A stretch of 64,000 nt of DNA, taken from contig CAVQRE010000004.1 of assembly GCA_963715115.1 (NCBI GenBank), forward strand, positions 4,647 to 68,646, read 5' to 3'. Positions 63,603 to 64,000 of this stretch are shown here, one piece after another. This DNA is from an uncultured Thermoleophilia bacterium (lineage in GTDB: Bacteria; Actinomycetota; Thermoleophilia; Gaiellales; Gaiellaceae). Both the position numbers and the translations under genes were made by a program. Below the pieces are notes generated by a model. It did no database searches. It worked only from the letters and a program-made list of their open reading frames with translations, and was not told the DNA's origin. How positions within the stretch are numbered: the first letter of the stretch is position 1; the number at the start of each line of letters is the position of its first letter.

Positions 63603-64000
63603 CTAGCGGCAGACGGCGTAGCCCTGCATCGTGCGAGCGTTTGCCGCAGCGACGATCTGACCGTCCTCGAGGGCGACGGCGCTGACCCGGCCGAGCGACC
63701 ATTGCTCCTCCACGGTCACGTCGTGCCCGCGCCGGCGAAGCACCCCGGCAGCGGCCTCGCCCGCCCGCGCCTCGATCGAAAGCGAGCGCGGCTGGAATCC
63801 CCGCGGGTAGAACGAGCTGATCAAGTGGTCGGTGTGCCACTCCGGCTCGTCGATCGCCTCCTGCAGGTTCCGTTGGCGATCGACATGGCGAAGGAACACG
63901 TGCAGCGCCCACTGTTCCTGCTGGTCGCCACCCGGCGTCCCCCAGGCGAGCCACGGATCGCCACCGCGCAGCGCAAGGCCGGGCGAGAGCGTCGTCCGCG
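63603..64000 (-). CDS. ggt: gamma-glutamyltransferase, C-terminal part (partial at window edge)
   Basis: WGTPGGDQQEQW... and AAANARTMQGYAV are typical of the GGT small subunit. The ORF is open to the window end. Confidence 0.75.
   Translation of the reverse strand, partial: RTTLSPGLALRGGDPWLAWGTPGGDQQEQWALHVFLRHVDRQRNLQEAIDEPEWHTDHLISSFYPRGFQPRSLSIEARAGEAAAGVLRRRGHDVTVEEQWSLGRVSAVALEDGQIVAAANARTMQGYAVCR

Overview
This is a high-GC (about 70%) window with Actinobacteria-like gene order, and almost all of it is coding. Most of it is housekeeping. It holds the t6A genes tsaE-tsaB-rimI-tsaD, panC-panB, uvrA and uvrB, and sucA. It also holds tRNA-Ala(GGC), rsfS-nadD-obgE-rpmA-rplU-rne, and a rod-shape operon mreB...mreC-mreD-mrdA-rodA. 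The right end carries maf, ndk, folC, valS and a partial ggt.

The main accessory region is about 17.9-27.4 kb. Two divergent SARP-type (OmpR wHTH + BTAD) genes flank a universal stress protein gene and an orphan PKD-domain ORF. The minus-strand arm reads PKD, then SARP fused to a SIR2-like domain that lacks all three canonical NAD-site motifs. It continues (via a GTGA stop/start overlap, or a fusion) into an nSTAND1-type P-loop NTPase, a hydrophobic helix and about 14 WD40 blades. This resembles SIR2-STAND (Avs5-like) conflict systems, but with a DNA-binding head and a pseudo-enzyme effector. I consider it the best candidate for an undescribed system. The plus-strand arm is a BTAD + degenerate cyclase + AAA_16 + TPR giant gene.

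Major caveat: the sequence carries dozens of single-base reading-frame breaks, clustered at 1-10.3 kb, 17.3-22 kb, 25.6-27.3 kb and 54.8-56.5 kb. They hit essential genes, while neighbouring multi-kb genes (uvrA, sucA, valS, mrdA) are intact. I read them as consensus or assembly indels rather than true pseudogenes, so many coordinates are approximate.

Other observations:
- gene remnants (an M24 peptidase N-terminus and an ECF sigma region 2)
- GNAT insertions inside the mre operon
- repeated intergenic palindromes and motifs
- an extended L21
- a repeated Arg-rich motif in RNase E
- many 4-nt GTGA/ATGA stop/start overlaps

No CRISPR array, rRNA or recognisable mobile element was seen.
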